Below the pieces are notes generated by a model that ran no database searches, was not told where the DNA came from, and worked only from the letters and a program-made list of their open reading frames with translations. A DNA stretch of 19,350 nucleotides from a virus. Its lineage: Duplodnaviria; Heunggongvirae; Uroviricota; Caudoviricetes. A program made the position numbers and the translations under genes. This document shows, piece after piece, positions 1 through 8,258 of this stretch. How positions within the stretch are numbered: position 1 is the stretch's first letter; the number at the start of each line of letters is the position of its first letter. The stretch lies in IMG/VR virus record IMGVR_UViG_2778261129_000006. One strand, 5' to 3'.

Positions 1-318
1 ATGAAAAAGATAGCTGCTATATCATTAATTAGTATTTTTATTATGTCTGGTTGTGCTGTGCATAATGATGAGACAAGTATCGGTAAATTTGGTCTTGCAT
101 ATAAAAGTAATATTCAGCGTAAACTCGATAACCAATACTACACCGAAGCCGAAGCTTCTTTAGCCAGGGGTAGAATATCTGGTGCAGAAAATATAGTAAA
201 AAATGATGCAACTCATTTCTGTGTTACTCAGGGCAAAAAAATGCAAATAGTTGAGCTGAAGACAGAAGGTGTAGGATTACATGGTGTCGCTCGTCTGACA
301 TTCAAATGTGGAGAGTGA
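1..318 (+). CDS. yegR: Small lipoprotein YegR (105 aa); host flanking gene
   Basis: ATG at 1, TGA at 316-318. N-terminal signal peptide with lipobox (IFIMSGC). Sequence recalled as E. coli YegR, a neighbour of yegQ/cyaR. Confidence 0.75.
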   Translation: MKKIAAISLISIFIMSGCAVHNDETSIGKFGLAYKSNIQRKLDNQYYTEAEASLARGRISGAENIVKNDATHFCVTQGKKMQIVELKTEGVGLHGVARLTFKCGE

Positions 319-429
319 GAATATTTTTTGGTAAGCGTCAAATATGCGCGTTCTGGCTGTGCGTAGCCGGAACCTGTGGGAGCACGATGCCGATAAGTGA
401 AAGGCATCGTGCTATGAAGGAGGATTCTA

Positions 430-444
430 TCGATGTGGTCAATG
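430..444. repeat. 15-bp sequence tcgatgtggtcaatg, identical copy at 17755-17769; contains an Int arm-type-like TGTGGTCA motif
   Basis: Exact 15-mer found at both prophage ends, on the low-coordinate side of each att core. Confidence 0.6.
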
Positions 445-477
445 GAAGACGGTTACCAGAGATAGGGCTTATGCATA

Positions 478-504
478 AAAAAATAAGCCCGTGTAAGGGA
501 TATT
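478..504. repeat. attL core: 26/27 match to the attR core (aaaaaataagcccgtgtaagggaTatt); degenerate copy of the CyaR 3' terminator
   Basis: Direct repeat of 17818-17844 with one mismatch at 501. Matches the recalled P2 att core AAAAAATAAGCCCGTGTAAGGGAGATT. Confidence 0.75.
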
Positions 505-583
505 TAGGGTGTCACCAGTAGGGGCTTTCAACGGTACAATGCGGGTTTGAGCGGCATAAATTACCACTGAAAGCCCTTAAACG

Positions 584-1597
584 TTACTCTACTGTGGACA
601 CTGTGTGGACACTCTCGGCCTCAGTACCACCTCTTAGCGGATTAAGAGAAATGGCGTCCTGAAGGTACTCTGGCGCAAAATGAGCGTAAACCATAGTTTG
701 CTCAATCCGCGTGTGACCTAGTATCCGTTGTAGCGTGATAATACTTCCTCCATTAATCATGAAATGAGTGGCAAAGCTGTGCCTTAGTGCATGTGTGGCT
801 TGCCCCGTTGGCAAATCCGGTTTTATTGCTTTCATTGTTCGTCTGAAGCGAGGGTAATCAGCATCAGGGAATAAAAAACCTCGTTTGTTATCCGCGATCA
901 TTTTGGCAACAGCCTCTGAGATCGGGACGGTGCGTGGTTTGTTTGTTTTCGTTTTAACAAACGTGACGCGGTTATGGATGATATTTTCTGCTTTCAAACG
1001 AGCTGCTTCTCCCCAACGTGCTCCTGTACTCAGGCAAAGAATCGCAATCTTTTTATTGTCGCCGTCAAGTGCTGCAAGCAGTAAGGCAATTTCTTCCTGT
1101 GTGAGATAGCCTGTTTCTGGTTTTTCCTCCTTAAGCCTCTTTGTCCCTCTGATAGGGTGCTCACCAAAGAATAACTCCGCTTCAATCAGGGCTGTAAACA
1201 TGCCGCTAATACATGTTAAATCACGATTGATACTCGAAGGTTTAATACCCTGACTTCTTCGGGTGGCGCAGTACTGGCTGATAAGGGATTTCGTGATTTG
1301 AAATGCGCATGGGTCATTCGTTATTTTTGTGAAGATTTCAATTTTTCCAAGATTAGATTTCCCATGCTCTTCGTGTTTACCCTTTAAATCCCACCAGATC
1401 TGTGTCAGTTCCGACAGACGTCGTTTGTCTGTTGGTTTTGATAGCCATTCTTTATTGTGGTGGTTGTACAACGTGTATTTTTCGAAAGCGACAGCTTCGC
1501 TTTTCTTATCAAACTTCCTACGGATGCGTTTTCCATTACGTCCAGTAGGGCGGATGTCCACTTCATATCGACCATCATCGAGTTTTTTGATTGCCAT
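584..1597 (-). CDS. int: Tyrosine recombinase / phage integrase, P2 Int-like (337 aa)
   Basis: ATG at 1597 with GGAGG SD 8 nt upstream. Catalytic R (ARWGE), H-x-x-R (HALRHSF) and Y (MVYAHF) motifs. Length and N-terminus (MAIKKLDDGRYEVDIRP) as recalled for P2 Int. 3' end abuts attL. Confidence 0.9.
   Translation of the reverse strand: MAIKKLDDGRYEVDIRPTGRNGKRIRRKFDKKSEAVAFEKYTLYNHHNKEWLSKPTDKRRLSELTQIWWDLKGKHEEHGKSNLGKIEIFTKITNDPCAFQITKSLISQYCATRRSQGIKPSSINRDLTCISGMFTALIEAELFFGEHPIRGTKRLKEEKPETGYLTQEEIALLLAALDGDNKKIAILCLSTGARWGEAARLKAENIIHNRVTFVKTKTNKPRTVPISEAVAKMIADNKRGFLFPDADYPRFRRTMKAIKPDLPTGQATHALRHSFATHFMINGGSIITLQRILGHTRIEQTMVYAHFAPEYLQDAISLNPLRGGTEAESVHTVSTVE
594..613. repeat. Tandem direct repeats TGTGGACAC x2 (594-602, 605-613); putative Int arm-type binding sites on the P' arm
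   Basis: Two identical 9-mers 11 bp apart inside the int 3' end next to attL. Similar TGTGG(A/T)C motifs occur in the arm next to attR. Confidence 0.45.
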
Positions 1598-1712
1598 CAG
1601 AAAACCCTCCGAGTGGTACTTTTTTTTGCTACTACTAATCGCTTTTTTCGTGGTGGCTGAAATTTAGCCACCAATAGTAGGCACTTGTGATGAATATATT
1701 CACGATAAATTG

Positions 1713-2012
1713 TTAACCAGTCTTTTGACCGGAGTGGGGCGACGTTGTTTCGTTTTGCCCAAAGTGTGCGAGAGCGGGCGCAATTTGCCCGGCTTCTGGA
1801 GCTACCTGATCAGTCATGAACCACAAAGTATATTTAGTAAATCTAGGATGTTGTAAGACCTTCATTATGGCTTCAACTCCAGCGTTTTTTGACCGGCTCT
1901 CATAGCTCGAAAGTGAGCTGTAGGCTACACCAGTTAATTCACTGAATTCTTTACGGTTTAACCTTTCAGATTCACGGATTAGCTTCAACTTCTCCGAAAC
2001 GTCTATTGACAT
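1713..2012 (-). CDS. C: Immunity repressor, P2 C-like (99 aa)
   Basis: ATG at 2012 with GGAG SD. The ORF-track start at 2084 is an upstream extension. C-terminal half (FTKYTLWFMT...APALAHFGQNETTSPHSGQKTG) as recalled for P2 C. Divergent from cox. Confidence 0.75.
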   Translation of the reverse strand: MSIDVSEKLKLIRESERLNRKEFSELTGVAYSSLSSYESRSKNAGVEAIMKVLQHPRFTKYTLWFMTDQVAPEAGQIAPALAHFGQNETTSPHSGQKTG

Positions 2013-2090
2013 AATTACTCCGATTGCGTAATTTCTTGCTGATAGTGTGAAATGTTGTGCTTCTGGAGTTATCCTTTTAGGCAATAATTA

Positions 2091-2108
2091 GCCATTAGGA
2101 GCCATTAG
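2091..2108. promoter_or_regulatory. Direct repeats GCCATTAG x2 (2091-2098, 2101-2108) in the C/cox divergent control region; candidate repressor operator
   Basis: Two 8-bp direct repeats 10 bp centre to centre, about 26 bp upstream of the cox ATG. P2-type repressors bind direct repeats at the early promoter. Confidence 0.3.
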
Positions 2109-2133
2109 AAGCACTAAGGGAGAATCGTAGCAG

Positions 2134-2409
2134 ATGAATAGACAGCTTGTAAGCGTGACTGATGCCGTGCCTTATCAGGAGTTTGCAAAACTCATTGGTA
2201 AAACTCCAAGAGCTGTAAGGGGCATGATTGAGAAAGGGAAATTACCAGTTATTGAGATTACTGACCCTCAGTCAGTATCGGGGCGTGCTGGTGAATATTG
2301 GGTATACCTTCCGGCATGGAATAACGGACTAAAACTGGCTTATGAAAGCCGTCCTAAAGAGATTCGTGACGGCTGGTTGATGTGGTTAGGTCTCGGTGAA
2401 CCACGTTAA
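2134..2409 (+). CDS. cox: Cox excisionase / early-promoter regulator, P2 Cox-like (91 aa)
   Basis: Sequence (PYQEFAKLIGK...GKLPVI...GRAGEYWVYLPAWNNGLKLAYESRPKEIRDGWLMWLGLGEPR) as recalled for P2 Cox. Same 91-aa length. Confidence 0.85.
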   Translation: MNRQLVSVTDAVPYQEFAKLIGKTPRAVRGMIEKGKLPVIEITDPQSVSGRAGEYWVYLPAWNNGLKLAYESRPKEIRDGWLMWLGLGEPR

Positions 2410-2419
2410 GGAGAACCGT

Positions 2420-2590
2420 ATGAATGAGCCTCGTTGTATTGCTCAGTTATTGCGTAACGAAAGCCCTAGGGCGATTGACTTCACCATCACCCACGGTAAG
2501 GGGCGTAAGGGAATCATTATCCGCACCAAAAAACAGAGTCCGTTAAAAAAGGCTCTGACCTTTCTGAAAAGCCGGAGGGTCTGGAAATGA
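2420..2590 (+). CDS. Small hypothetical protein (56 aa) in the P2 orf78 position
   Basis: ATG at 2420 with AAGGAGA SD. Stop overlaps the B start (ATGA at 2587-2590). An in-frame upstream ATG at 2396 would overlap cox. Confidence 0.45.
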   Translation: MNEPRCIAQLLRNESPRAIDFTITHGKGRKGIIIRTKKQSPLKKALTFLKSRRVWK

Positions 2591-3087
2591 CAGTGATGAC
2601 GCTCAATCTCGTTGAAAAACAGCCAGCAGCTATGCGCCGGATAATTGGTAAGCATCTGGCCGTCCCTCGCTGGCAGGAGACATGCGATTATTATAATCAG
2701 ATGATGGAACGCGAACGGCTAACGGTTTGCTTCCATGCGCAGTTAAAACAGCGTCACGCAACGATGCGTTTTGAAGAAATGAACGACGTCGAACGTGAAC
2801 GGCTGGTTTGTGCAATTGATGAATTGCGTGGGGCATTCTCAAAACGCCGTCAGGTTGGCGCAAGTGAGTATGCATATATTAGTTTTTTAACAGTCAGTCA
2901 GCGTCGTACTTTATTTATGCATGCCGGATTGACTGAAAAAGAATTCAACCAGCCATACTGGCGAATTAATGAAGAATCATGTTACTGGCGTGATGCTTTA
3001 TTCCGTGCATTACGTGAATTATTCAGCCTGTTTGAGTATGCACCGACAATTCTGACGTCGGTAAAACCAGAGCAATATCTGCATTAA
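2587..3087 (+). CDS. B: Replication protein B, P2 gpB-like (166 aa)
   Basis: 166 aa, same length as P2 B. Position between cox and A. Start is translationally coupled to the upstream ORF. Confidence 0.75.
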   Translation: MTVMTLNLVEKQPAAMRRIIGKHLAVPRWQETCDYYNQMMERERLTVCFHAQLKQRHATMRFEEMNDVERERLVCAIDELRGAFSKRRQVGASEYAYISFLTVSQRRTLFMHAGLTEKEFNQPYWRINEESCYWRDALFRALRELFSLFEYAPTILTSVKPEQYLH

Positions 3088-3150
3088 ATAATTAACCAGA
3101 GTTTTTAATGCACTTAATCGTGCGGGGCTTCTTTTTGCCTGGAGAAAGTC

Positions 3151-3375
3151 ATGCATACAGTTTCTGAAAACAAGTGCGGTAAATACGCATTACTGCTGCA
3201 ACAGGCCAGAGCCGAAGCACATGCCGACGCAGCGACACGCTTTTCTTCTCATCTTGACGCCATGATTCGCCATATCACAAAGGCGGAGTTATCCCGCGTG
3301 GAGATAGTCGAGCTGCTCAGTCAGGAGTCGGAAAAATTTCACAATATCGGATTGTCTCGCGGGGAGGTGCTTTGA
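3151..3375 (+). CDS. Small hypothetical early protein (74 aa), P2 orf80-like position
   Basis: ATG with GGAGAAAG SD. Stop overlaps the next start (TGATG). Confidence 0.6.
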   Translation: MHTVSENKCGKYALLLQQARAEAHADAATRFSSHLDAMIRHITKAELSRVEIVELLSQESEKFHNIGLSRGEVL

Positions 3376-3674
3376 TGTCCTGTTCTCATTCAGTTGTATT
3401 ACTGAATAACGCCTTAAAAATCGCCGTTATGAAAAATGGCGATTTGTCTCTTATTCAACTTTGCCTTGATAAAGAAAAACGCGACATAACTGAATCTGTT
3501 ATCGCGATTTATCAGAATGAATTAAACCTCCTGTCTGATGTGGTCAATTTACTTGTTAAACGCGCTGTATTCCACAAGCAAATTTCCTCAGTGGATGAAC
3601 TGACAAAATTAACGACAGAACTTGCCAATTATTGCGCTGATGTATCCAGGAAACTTAACGATAAAAGGAGCTGA
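3375..3674 (+). CDS. Small hypothetical early protein (99 aa), P2 orf81-like position
   Basis: ATG at 3375 overlapping the upstream TGA, GGGGAGG SD. The ORF-track TTG at 3372 is less likely. Confidence 0.6.
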   Translation: MSCSHSVVLLNNALKIAVMKNGDLSLIQLCLDKEKRDITESVIAIYQNELNLLSDVVNLLVKRAVFHKQISSVDELTKLTTELANYCADVSRKLNDKRS

Positions 3675-3676
3675 TA

Positions 3677-3901
3677 ATGCCGGACAACGTAGATTTTATT
3701 CAGGAACAACAGGCTGAATTACTGGAGCGCCAGATTAACGCGGCAAGGGTAAAACATTGCGGTGCTTCTGCGCTGGTTTGCGAAGAGTGTAACGCGCCAA
3801 TACCTGCTGCCCGTCGTGCGGCTTACCCGTCAGCCACGCGTTGTGTTTCCTGTCAGTCAGTCTTTGAAGCAAAAAACAAACATTACCGGAGAACGGCATG
3901 A
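3677..3901 (+). CDS. TraR/DksA-family C4 zinc-finger protein (74 aa), P2 orf82-like
   Basis: AAGGAG SD. Four cysteines arranged as CxxC...CxxC (CEECNAP...CVSCQS), typical of phage TraR-like zinc fingers. Confidence 0.7.
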   Translation: MPDNVDFIQEQQAELLERQINAARVKHCGASALVCEECNAPIPAARRAAYPSATRCVSCQSVFEAKNKHYRRTA

Positions 3902-4173
3902 GTATTCGTATTGAAATTGGCGAACGTTATGTCGTTACCAGTGACAGCTTTCAGTTTATTCTCCACGAGAAAAAGAGAGCGGAAAGCGGTAAAAACGCCG
4001 GTCAGGAATGGCTGGCGGTGGTTGGTTATTACCCGAAATTAAGCCAGCTCGTTTCCGGCCTGATGCATCACGATATTCTTACCGGAAGCGCAAAGTCTTT
4101 TGCTGATTTAAACGCGCAGGTTGAGCAACTCAGCAAGCGTTGTTCAGAGGCTTTTGGCTCATATGGCCGTTAA
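3898..4173 (+). CDS. Small hypothetical early protein (91 aa), P2 orf83-like position
   Basis: ATGA overlap with the upstream stop. Its stop at 4171-4173 overlaps the A start region. Confidence 0.6.
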   Translation: MSIRIEIGERYVVTSDSFQFILHEKKRAESGKNAGQEWLAVVGYYPKLSQLVSGLMHHDILTGSAKSFADLNAQVEQLSKRCSEAFGSYGR

Positions 4174-6445
4174 AGCCTCCGGGCGTTTTGTCCCTCCGTC
4201 AGCATTTGCCGCAGGCACCGGTAAGACGTTTACCGGTGCTTATGCATGGAACGCGCCACGCGAGGCCGTCGGGCGCGAAAGACCCCTTACACGTGACGAG
4301 ATGCGTCAGGTGCAAGGTGTTTTATCCACGATTAACCGCCTGCCTTACTTTTTGCGCTCGCTGTTTACTTCACACTATGACTACATCCGGCGCAATAAAA
4401 GCCCGGTGCACGGGTTTTATTTCCTCACATCCACTTTTCAGCGTCGTTTATGGCCGCGCATTGAGCGTGTGAATCAGCGCCATGAAATGAACACCGACGC
4501 GTCGTTGCTGTTTCTGGCAGAGCGTGACCACTATGCGCGCCTGCCGGGAATGAATGACAAGGAGCTGAAAAAGTTTGCCGCCCGTATCTCATCGCAGCTT
4601 TTCATGATGTATGAGGAACTCAGCGATGCCTGGGTGGATGCACATGGCGAAAAAGAATCGCTGTTTACGGATGAGGCGCAGGCTCACCTCTATGGTCATG
4701 TTGCTGGCGCTGCACGTGCTTTCAATATTTCCCCGCTTTACTGGAAAAAATACCGTAAAGGACAGATGACCACGAGGCAGGCATATTCTGCCATTGCCCG
4801 TCTGTTTAACGATGAGTGGTGGACTCATCAGCTCAAAGGCCAGCGTATGCGCTGGCATGAGGCGTTACTGATTGCTGTCGGGGAGGTCAATAAAGACCGT
4901 TCTCCTTATGCCAGTAAACATGCCATTCGTGATGTGCGTGCACGCCGCCAGGCAAATCTGGAATTTCTTAAATCGTGTGATCTCGAAAACAGGGAAACCG
5001 GCGAGCGCATCGACCTTATCAGTAAGGTGATGGGCAGTATTTCTAATCCTGAAATTCGCCGGATGGAGCTGATGAACACCATTGCCGGTATTGAGCGTTA
5101 CGCCGCAGCAGAGGGTGATGTGGGGATGTTTATCACGCTGACCGCGCCGTCAAAGTATCACCCGACACGTCAGGTTGGAAAAGGCGAAAGTAAAACCGTC
5201 CAGCTAAATCACGGCTGGAACGATGAGGCATTTAATCCAAAGGATGCGCAGCGTTATCTCTGCCGTATCTGGAGCCTGATGCGCACGGCATTCAAGGATA
5301 ATGATTTACAGGTCTACGGTTTGCGTGTCGTCGAGCCACATCACGACGGAACGCCGCACTGGCATATGATGCTTTTTTGTAATCCGCGCCAGCGTAACCA
5401 GATTATCGAAATCATGCGTCGCTATGCGCTCAAAGAGGATGGCGACGAAAGAGGAGCCGCGCGAAACCGTTTTCAGGCAAAACACCTTAATCGGGGCGGT
5501 GCTGCGGGGTATATCGCGAAATACATCTCAAAAAACATCGACGGCTATGCACTGGATGGTCAGCTCGATAACGATACCGGCAGACCTCTGAAAGATACTG
5601 CCGCGGCTGTTACTGCATGGGCGTCAACGTGGCGCATCCCGCAATTTAAAACGGTTGGTCTGCCGACAATGGGGGCTTACCGTGAACTACGCAAATTGCC
5701 TCGCGGCGTCAGCATTGCTGATGAGTTTGACGAACGCGTCGAGGCTGCACGCGCTGCCGCAGACAGTGGCGATTTTGCGTTGTATATCAGTGCGCAGGGT
5801 GGGGCAAATGTTCCGCGCGATTGCCAGACTGTCAGAGTCGCCCGTAGCCCGTCGGATGAAGTTAACGAGTACGAGGAAGAAGTCGAGAGAGTGGTCGGCA
5901 TTTACGCGCCGCATCTCGGCGCGCGTCATATTCATATCACCAGAACGACGGACTGGCGCATTGTGCCGAAAGTTCCGGTCGTGGAGCCTTTGACTTTAAA
6001 AAGCGGCATCGCCGCGCCTCGGAGTCCTGTCAATAACTGTGGAAAGCTCACCGGTGGTGATACTTCGTTATCGGCTCCCACACCGACTGAGCATGCTGCA
6101 GCGGTGTTAAATTTTATAGATGAAGGGATTCTAAGTTGGACCGAGCCAGGCATTATGAAGGTACTTAGAGACTTATTGAGTAATGAACTGAAATGCAGTA
6201 ATCGTTCACAGCAGAGCTTTACTCCTTTCAATGGTCGAAGCTACTTTCCTGCCCCATCCGCCCGGTTGACAAGGCAGGAGAGAAAGACTATCCCGAAAAT
6301 TAAGGTTCTTCTTGCACAAAGTGACATTCAGGCTAGTTATTGGGAGCTTGAAGCTCTCGCTCGCGGAGCTGTTTTGGATTTTGGGCATAAGCGTTTTAAA
6401 TTTGATACCGATATCGACTTTTTTGACAGACAGCGTGAGTGGTAG
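4163..6445 (+). CDS. A: Replication initiation endonuclease, P2 gpA-like rolling-circle initiator (760 aa)
   Basis: Start at ATG 4163 (MAVKASGRFVPP), not the ORF-track ATG at 4121. HUH-type motifs HWHMMLF and AAGYIAKYISK. Length close to P2 A. This is not a P4 alpha primase-helicase. Confidence 0.9.
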   Translation: MAVKASGRFVPPSAFAAGTGKTFTGAYAWNAPREAVGRERPLTRDEMRQVQGVLSTINRLPYFLRSLFTSHYDYIRRNKSPVHGFYFLTSTFQRRLWPRIERVNQRHEMNTDASLLFLAERDHYARLPGMNDKELKKFAARISSQLFMMYEELSDAWVDAHGEKESLFTDEAQAHLYGHVAGAARAFNISPLYWKKYRKGQMTTRQAYSAIARLFNDEWWTHQLKGQRMRWHEALLIAVGEVNKDRSPYASKHAIRDVRARRQANLEFLKSCDLENRETGERIDLISKVMGSISNPEIRRMELMNTIAGIERYAAAEGDVGMFITLTAPSKYHPTRQVGKGESKTVQLNHGWNDEAFNPKDAQRYLCRIWSLMRTAFKDNDLQVYGLRVVEPHHDGTPHWHMMLFCNPRQRNQIIEIMRRYALKEDGDERGAARNRFQAKHLNRGGAAGYIAKYISKNIDGYALDGQLDNDTGRPLKDTAAAVTAWASTWRIPQFKTVGLPTMGAYRELRKLPRGVSIADEFDERVEAARAAADSGDFALYISAQGGANVPRDCQTVRVARSPSDEVNEYEEEVERVVGIYAPHLGARHIHITRTTDWRIVPKVPVVEPLTLKSGIAAPRSPVNNCGKLTGGDTSLSAPTPTEHAAAVLNFIDEGILSWTEPGIMKVLRDLLSNELKCSNRSQQSFTPFNGRSYFPAPSARLTRQERKTIPKIKVLLAQSDIQASYWELEALARGAVLDFGHKRFKFDTDIDFFDRQREW

Positions 6446-6533
6446 TTGAAAAAACGGTTGAACGGGGTAACAATATGTTATTGTTGAGGAATTGTTTGTT
6501 ATGGTTTAATTTTTATACACGGCAGAAAAGCAT

Positions 6534-7757
6534 ATGAGCATGGTTGAATGGATAAGCCACGAGAAAAAAGATAGCCTGATACTATTTGTACATGGATTAA
6601 ATGGTGGTTTGGAAACATGGAACTTTAATAAAGAAATTTCATTTCCAAAACTATTAGCAGAAGATGAAGATATTAGCAACGTATTTGATATTGCATGTTT
6701 CAATTATTTTACTAAATTCACACAAACGTATGCTAAAACGTCAGGATTCTTGGCTCGTATTTTCTTTAAGAAAAATAAGTTAGAGAGAAATTTACCAACT
6801 GATGAAATAGCTGAGTTATTGTATACTGAGATTAGAGTAACACTAAGTGATTACTCTCGAATTATAATAATCGCCCATAGTATGGGGGGGTTAATATCAA
6901 AAAATCTAATTCTAAAAAAAGTTGAGCATGAGGAACAATCTAATATAATTGGATTCATTTCGTTAGCAGTCCCTCACTTTGGTGCTAAATTAGCGAATAT
7001 AACTTCAATGGTATCTTCAAATGCTCAGTTAGTAGATCTTGGATTGTTAAGTGAAGCGACTGATACATTGAATAGGCGCTGGATAAATTGTAGCAAAAAA
7101 CTTCCTATCACTAGATATGTTTATGGATCTCATGACACTATAGTCGATAAAAAAAGCGCATTACCGATGGATAGTGAACGACATAACTCAATTGCAGTTA
7201 ATGAAGGGCATAGCTCAATTTGCAAGCCCGAAAATAGCTCGTCTACAGTGTTTGTTGCGGTAAAGCAATTTATTCAGCAGATAAATTTAGAAGCACCCAA
7301 GAAGATTTGCGTTGAGCGTTTTTCTGATGATAAACAATATGATAATGAGTATTTCGTCTTAAAAATGATTGTCGCAGATATACATCAGGATATCGCTCTG
7401 CATGCAAAGGAATATTATTATAATGCTGAGCTTGCGAGAAATATTTTTACGAGTGATTACGATAGAAAACAACTTGGTCATTTGTATTCTAAAATAAGGG
7501 AGATTTACCAGGAAGAGTATGAGCAATACATTGCAAATTCAATTTCCCCAGATAAATTTATTGCTGCTGTTCATAGACGAATAACCCAGGAGGATAAGTC
7601 GTCGTTAGATTCTCTTATAAAAAGTTTGGAAACGATACATAAGAAAGGAATGTTGCATCAACTGGCTAACAAAAATGACAGGGATATTGTCTGGTCATCT
7701 GAAACCAGCGTAGAAACTTTGGAGCAATTACGGCGAGGTAATCATGAAGAAAAATAA
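6534..7757 (+). CDS. Alpha/beta-hydrolase-fold effector protein with a helical C-terminal domain (407 aa); Lamassu LmuA-like / ABC-3C effector candidate
   Basis: Oxyanion-hole motif LILFVHGLNGG. Nucleophile elbow IIIAHSMGGL (GxSxG). Downstream acid and His candidates (GSHDTIVD, NEGHSSI). AT-rich. First gene of the cargo operon. Confidence 0.75.
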   Translation: MSMVEWISHEKKDSLILFVHGLNGGLETWNFNKEISFPKLLAEDEDISNVFDIACFNYFTKFTQTYAKTSGFLARIFFKKNKLERNLPTDEIAELLYTEIRVTLSDYSRIIIIAHSMGGLISKNLILKKVEHEEQSNIIGFISLAVPHFGAKLANITSMVSSNAQLVDLGLLSEATDTLNRRWINCSKKLPITRYVYGSHDTIVDKKSALPMDSERHNSIAVNEGHSSICKPENSSSTVFVAVKQFIQQINLEAPKKICVERFSDDKQYDNEYFVLKMIVADIHQDIALHAKEYYYNAELARNIFTSDYDRKQLGHLYSKIREIYQEEYEQYIANSISPDKFIAAVHRRITQEDKSSLDSLIKSLETIHKKGMLHQLANKNDRDIVWSSETSVETLEQLRRGNHEEK

Positions 7758-7896
7758 CTTGCCGTATATACCTCTTGATGAAGAGTATAGTTTGAATTTT
7801 GCTATGCTTGCCATTGCTATATCTATATTATCTCATAGCAAAAAAGGAGTGTTGTCATTAGATATTAATAAAATACAAATTTTTATGTATCTGTGA
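7744..7896 (+). CDS. Small ORF (50 aa); possibly the N-terminal part of a frameshifted middle-component gene
   Basis: ATG at 7744 with GAGGT SD 5 nt upstream. Overlaps the hydrolase gene end by 14 nt. Its TGA (7894-7896) overlaps the GTG start of the next ORF. Confidence 0.35.
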   Translation: MKKNNLPYIPLDEEYSLNFAMLAIAISILSHSKKGVLSLDINKIQIFMYL

Positions 7897-8258
7897 TAAA
7901 AAATCCATCAAAAATTGATTGTGCTCTTACAGTTTCGGGGAAAAAGCCTGCTTGTGTCGAGTCCCAGTTAACTTATACAATAAAGAGTTTTTCATCAAAT
8001 GTAGATATCTTATTCGACAATTCCAAAGTGAAATATCTTATAAAAATTATGTCATTGCGGGGATTGCTCTCAGCTGAGAAAAAAAATAATGAGAGTGTTA
8101 AATTATTTTTATCTGAAAAAGGTAAGGAATTTGCTAGCTCATTGACTGATGGATATTTTAAAGAAATAAAACGACTAGCCGAAGCATTGTTACCGCTACA
8201 AGCATTGCCTACCTCTAAGTTAAACTCTGTTATAAACAAAGTCTTCAAGGAGAAATGA
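7893..8258 (+). CDS. Small middle-component protein (121 aa from GTG); LmuC-like candidate
   Basis: Frame opens at 7872; first start is GTG at 7893 with no clear SD. Stop overlaps the ATPase start (ATGA at 8255-8258). A small coupled gene between effector and ATPase. Confidence 0.5.
   Translation: MIKNPSKIDCALTVSGKKPACVESQLTYTIKSFSSNVDILFDNSKVKYLIKIMSLRGLLSAEKKNNESVKLFLSEKGKEFASSLTDGYFKEIKRLAEALLPLQALPTSKLNSVINKVFKEK

Noticed and set aside
306-521. 71-aa ORF spanning the yegR-attL intergenic region
   Set aside because: It overlaps the yegR stop and the att core, has no SD, and covers sequence better explained as att/arm remnant.
885-1667. ORFs overlapping the integrase (885-1109, 1329-1667, 1457-1660)
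   Set aside because: Antisense or out of frame within the integrase gene; no independent support.
2443-2875. Minus-strand ORFs 2443-2655 and 2630-2875
   Set aside because: Antisense to the orf78-like and B genes in the P2-ordered early operon.
4589-6388. Several 60-112 aa ORFs inside or antisense to gene A (4589-4858, 5655-5993, 5677-5901, 5687-5935, 5932-6231, 6206-6388) and 4140-4472
   Set aside because: All lie within the well-supported A coding frame in GC-rich DNA where spurious open frames are common.
584-6445. First impression of a P4-type satellite (integrase plus large replication protein plus small regulators)
   Set aside because: The integrase is a 337-aa P2-type Int, not the larger P4 Int. 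The 760-aa protein has HUH/YxxK rolling-circle initiator motifs rather than primase-helicase motifs. Cox, B, Ogr, cos, Q and FI follow P2 order.
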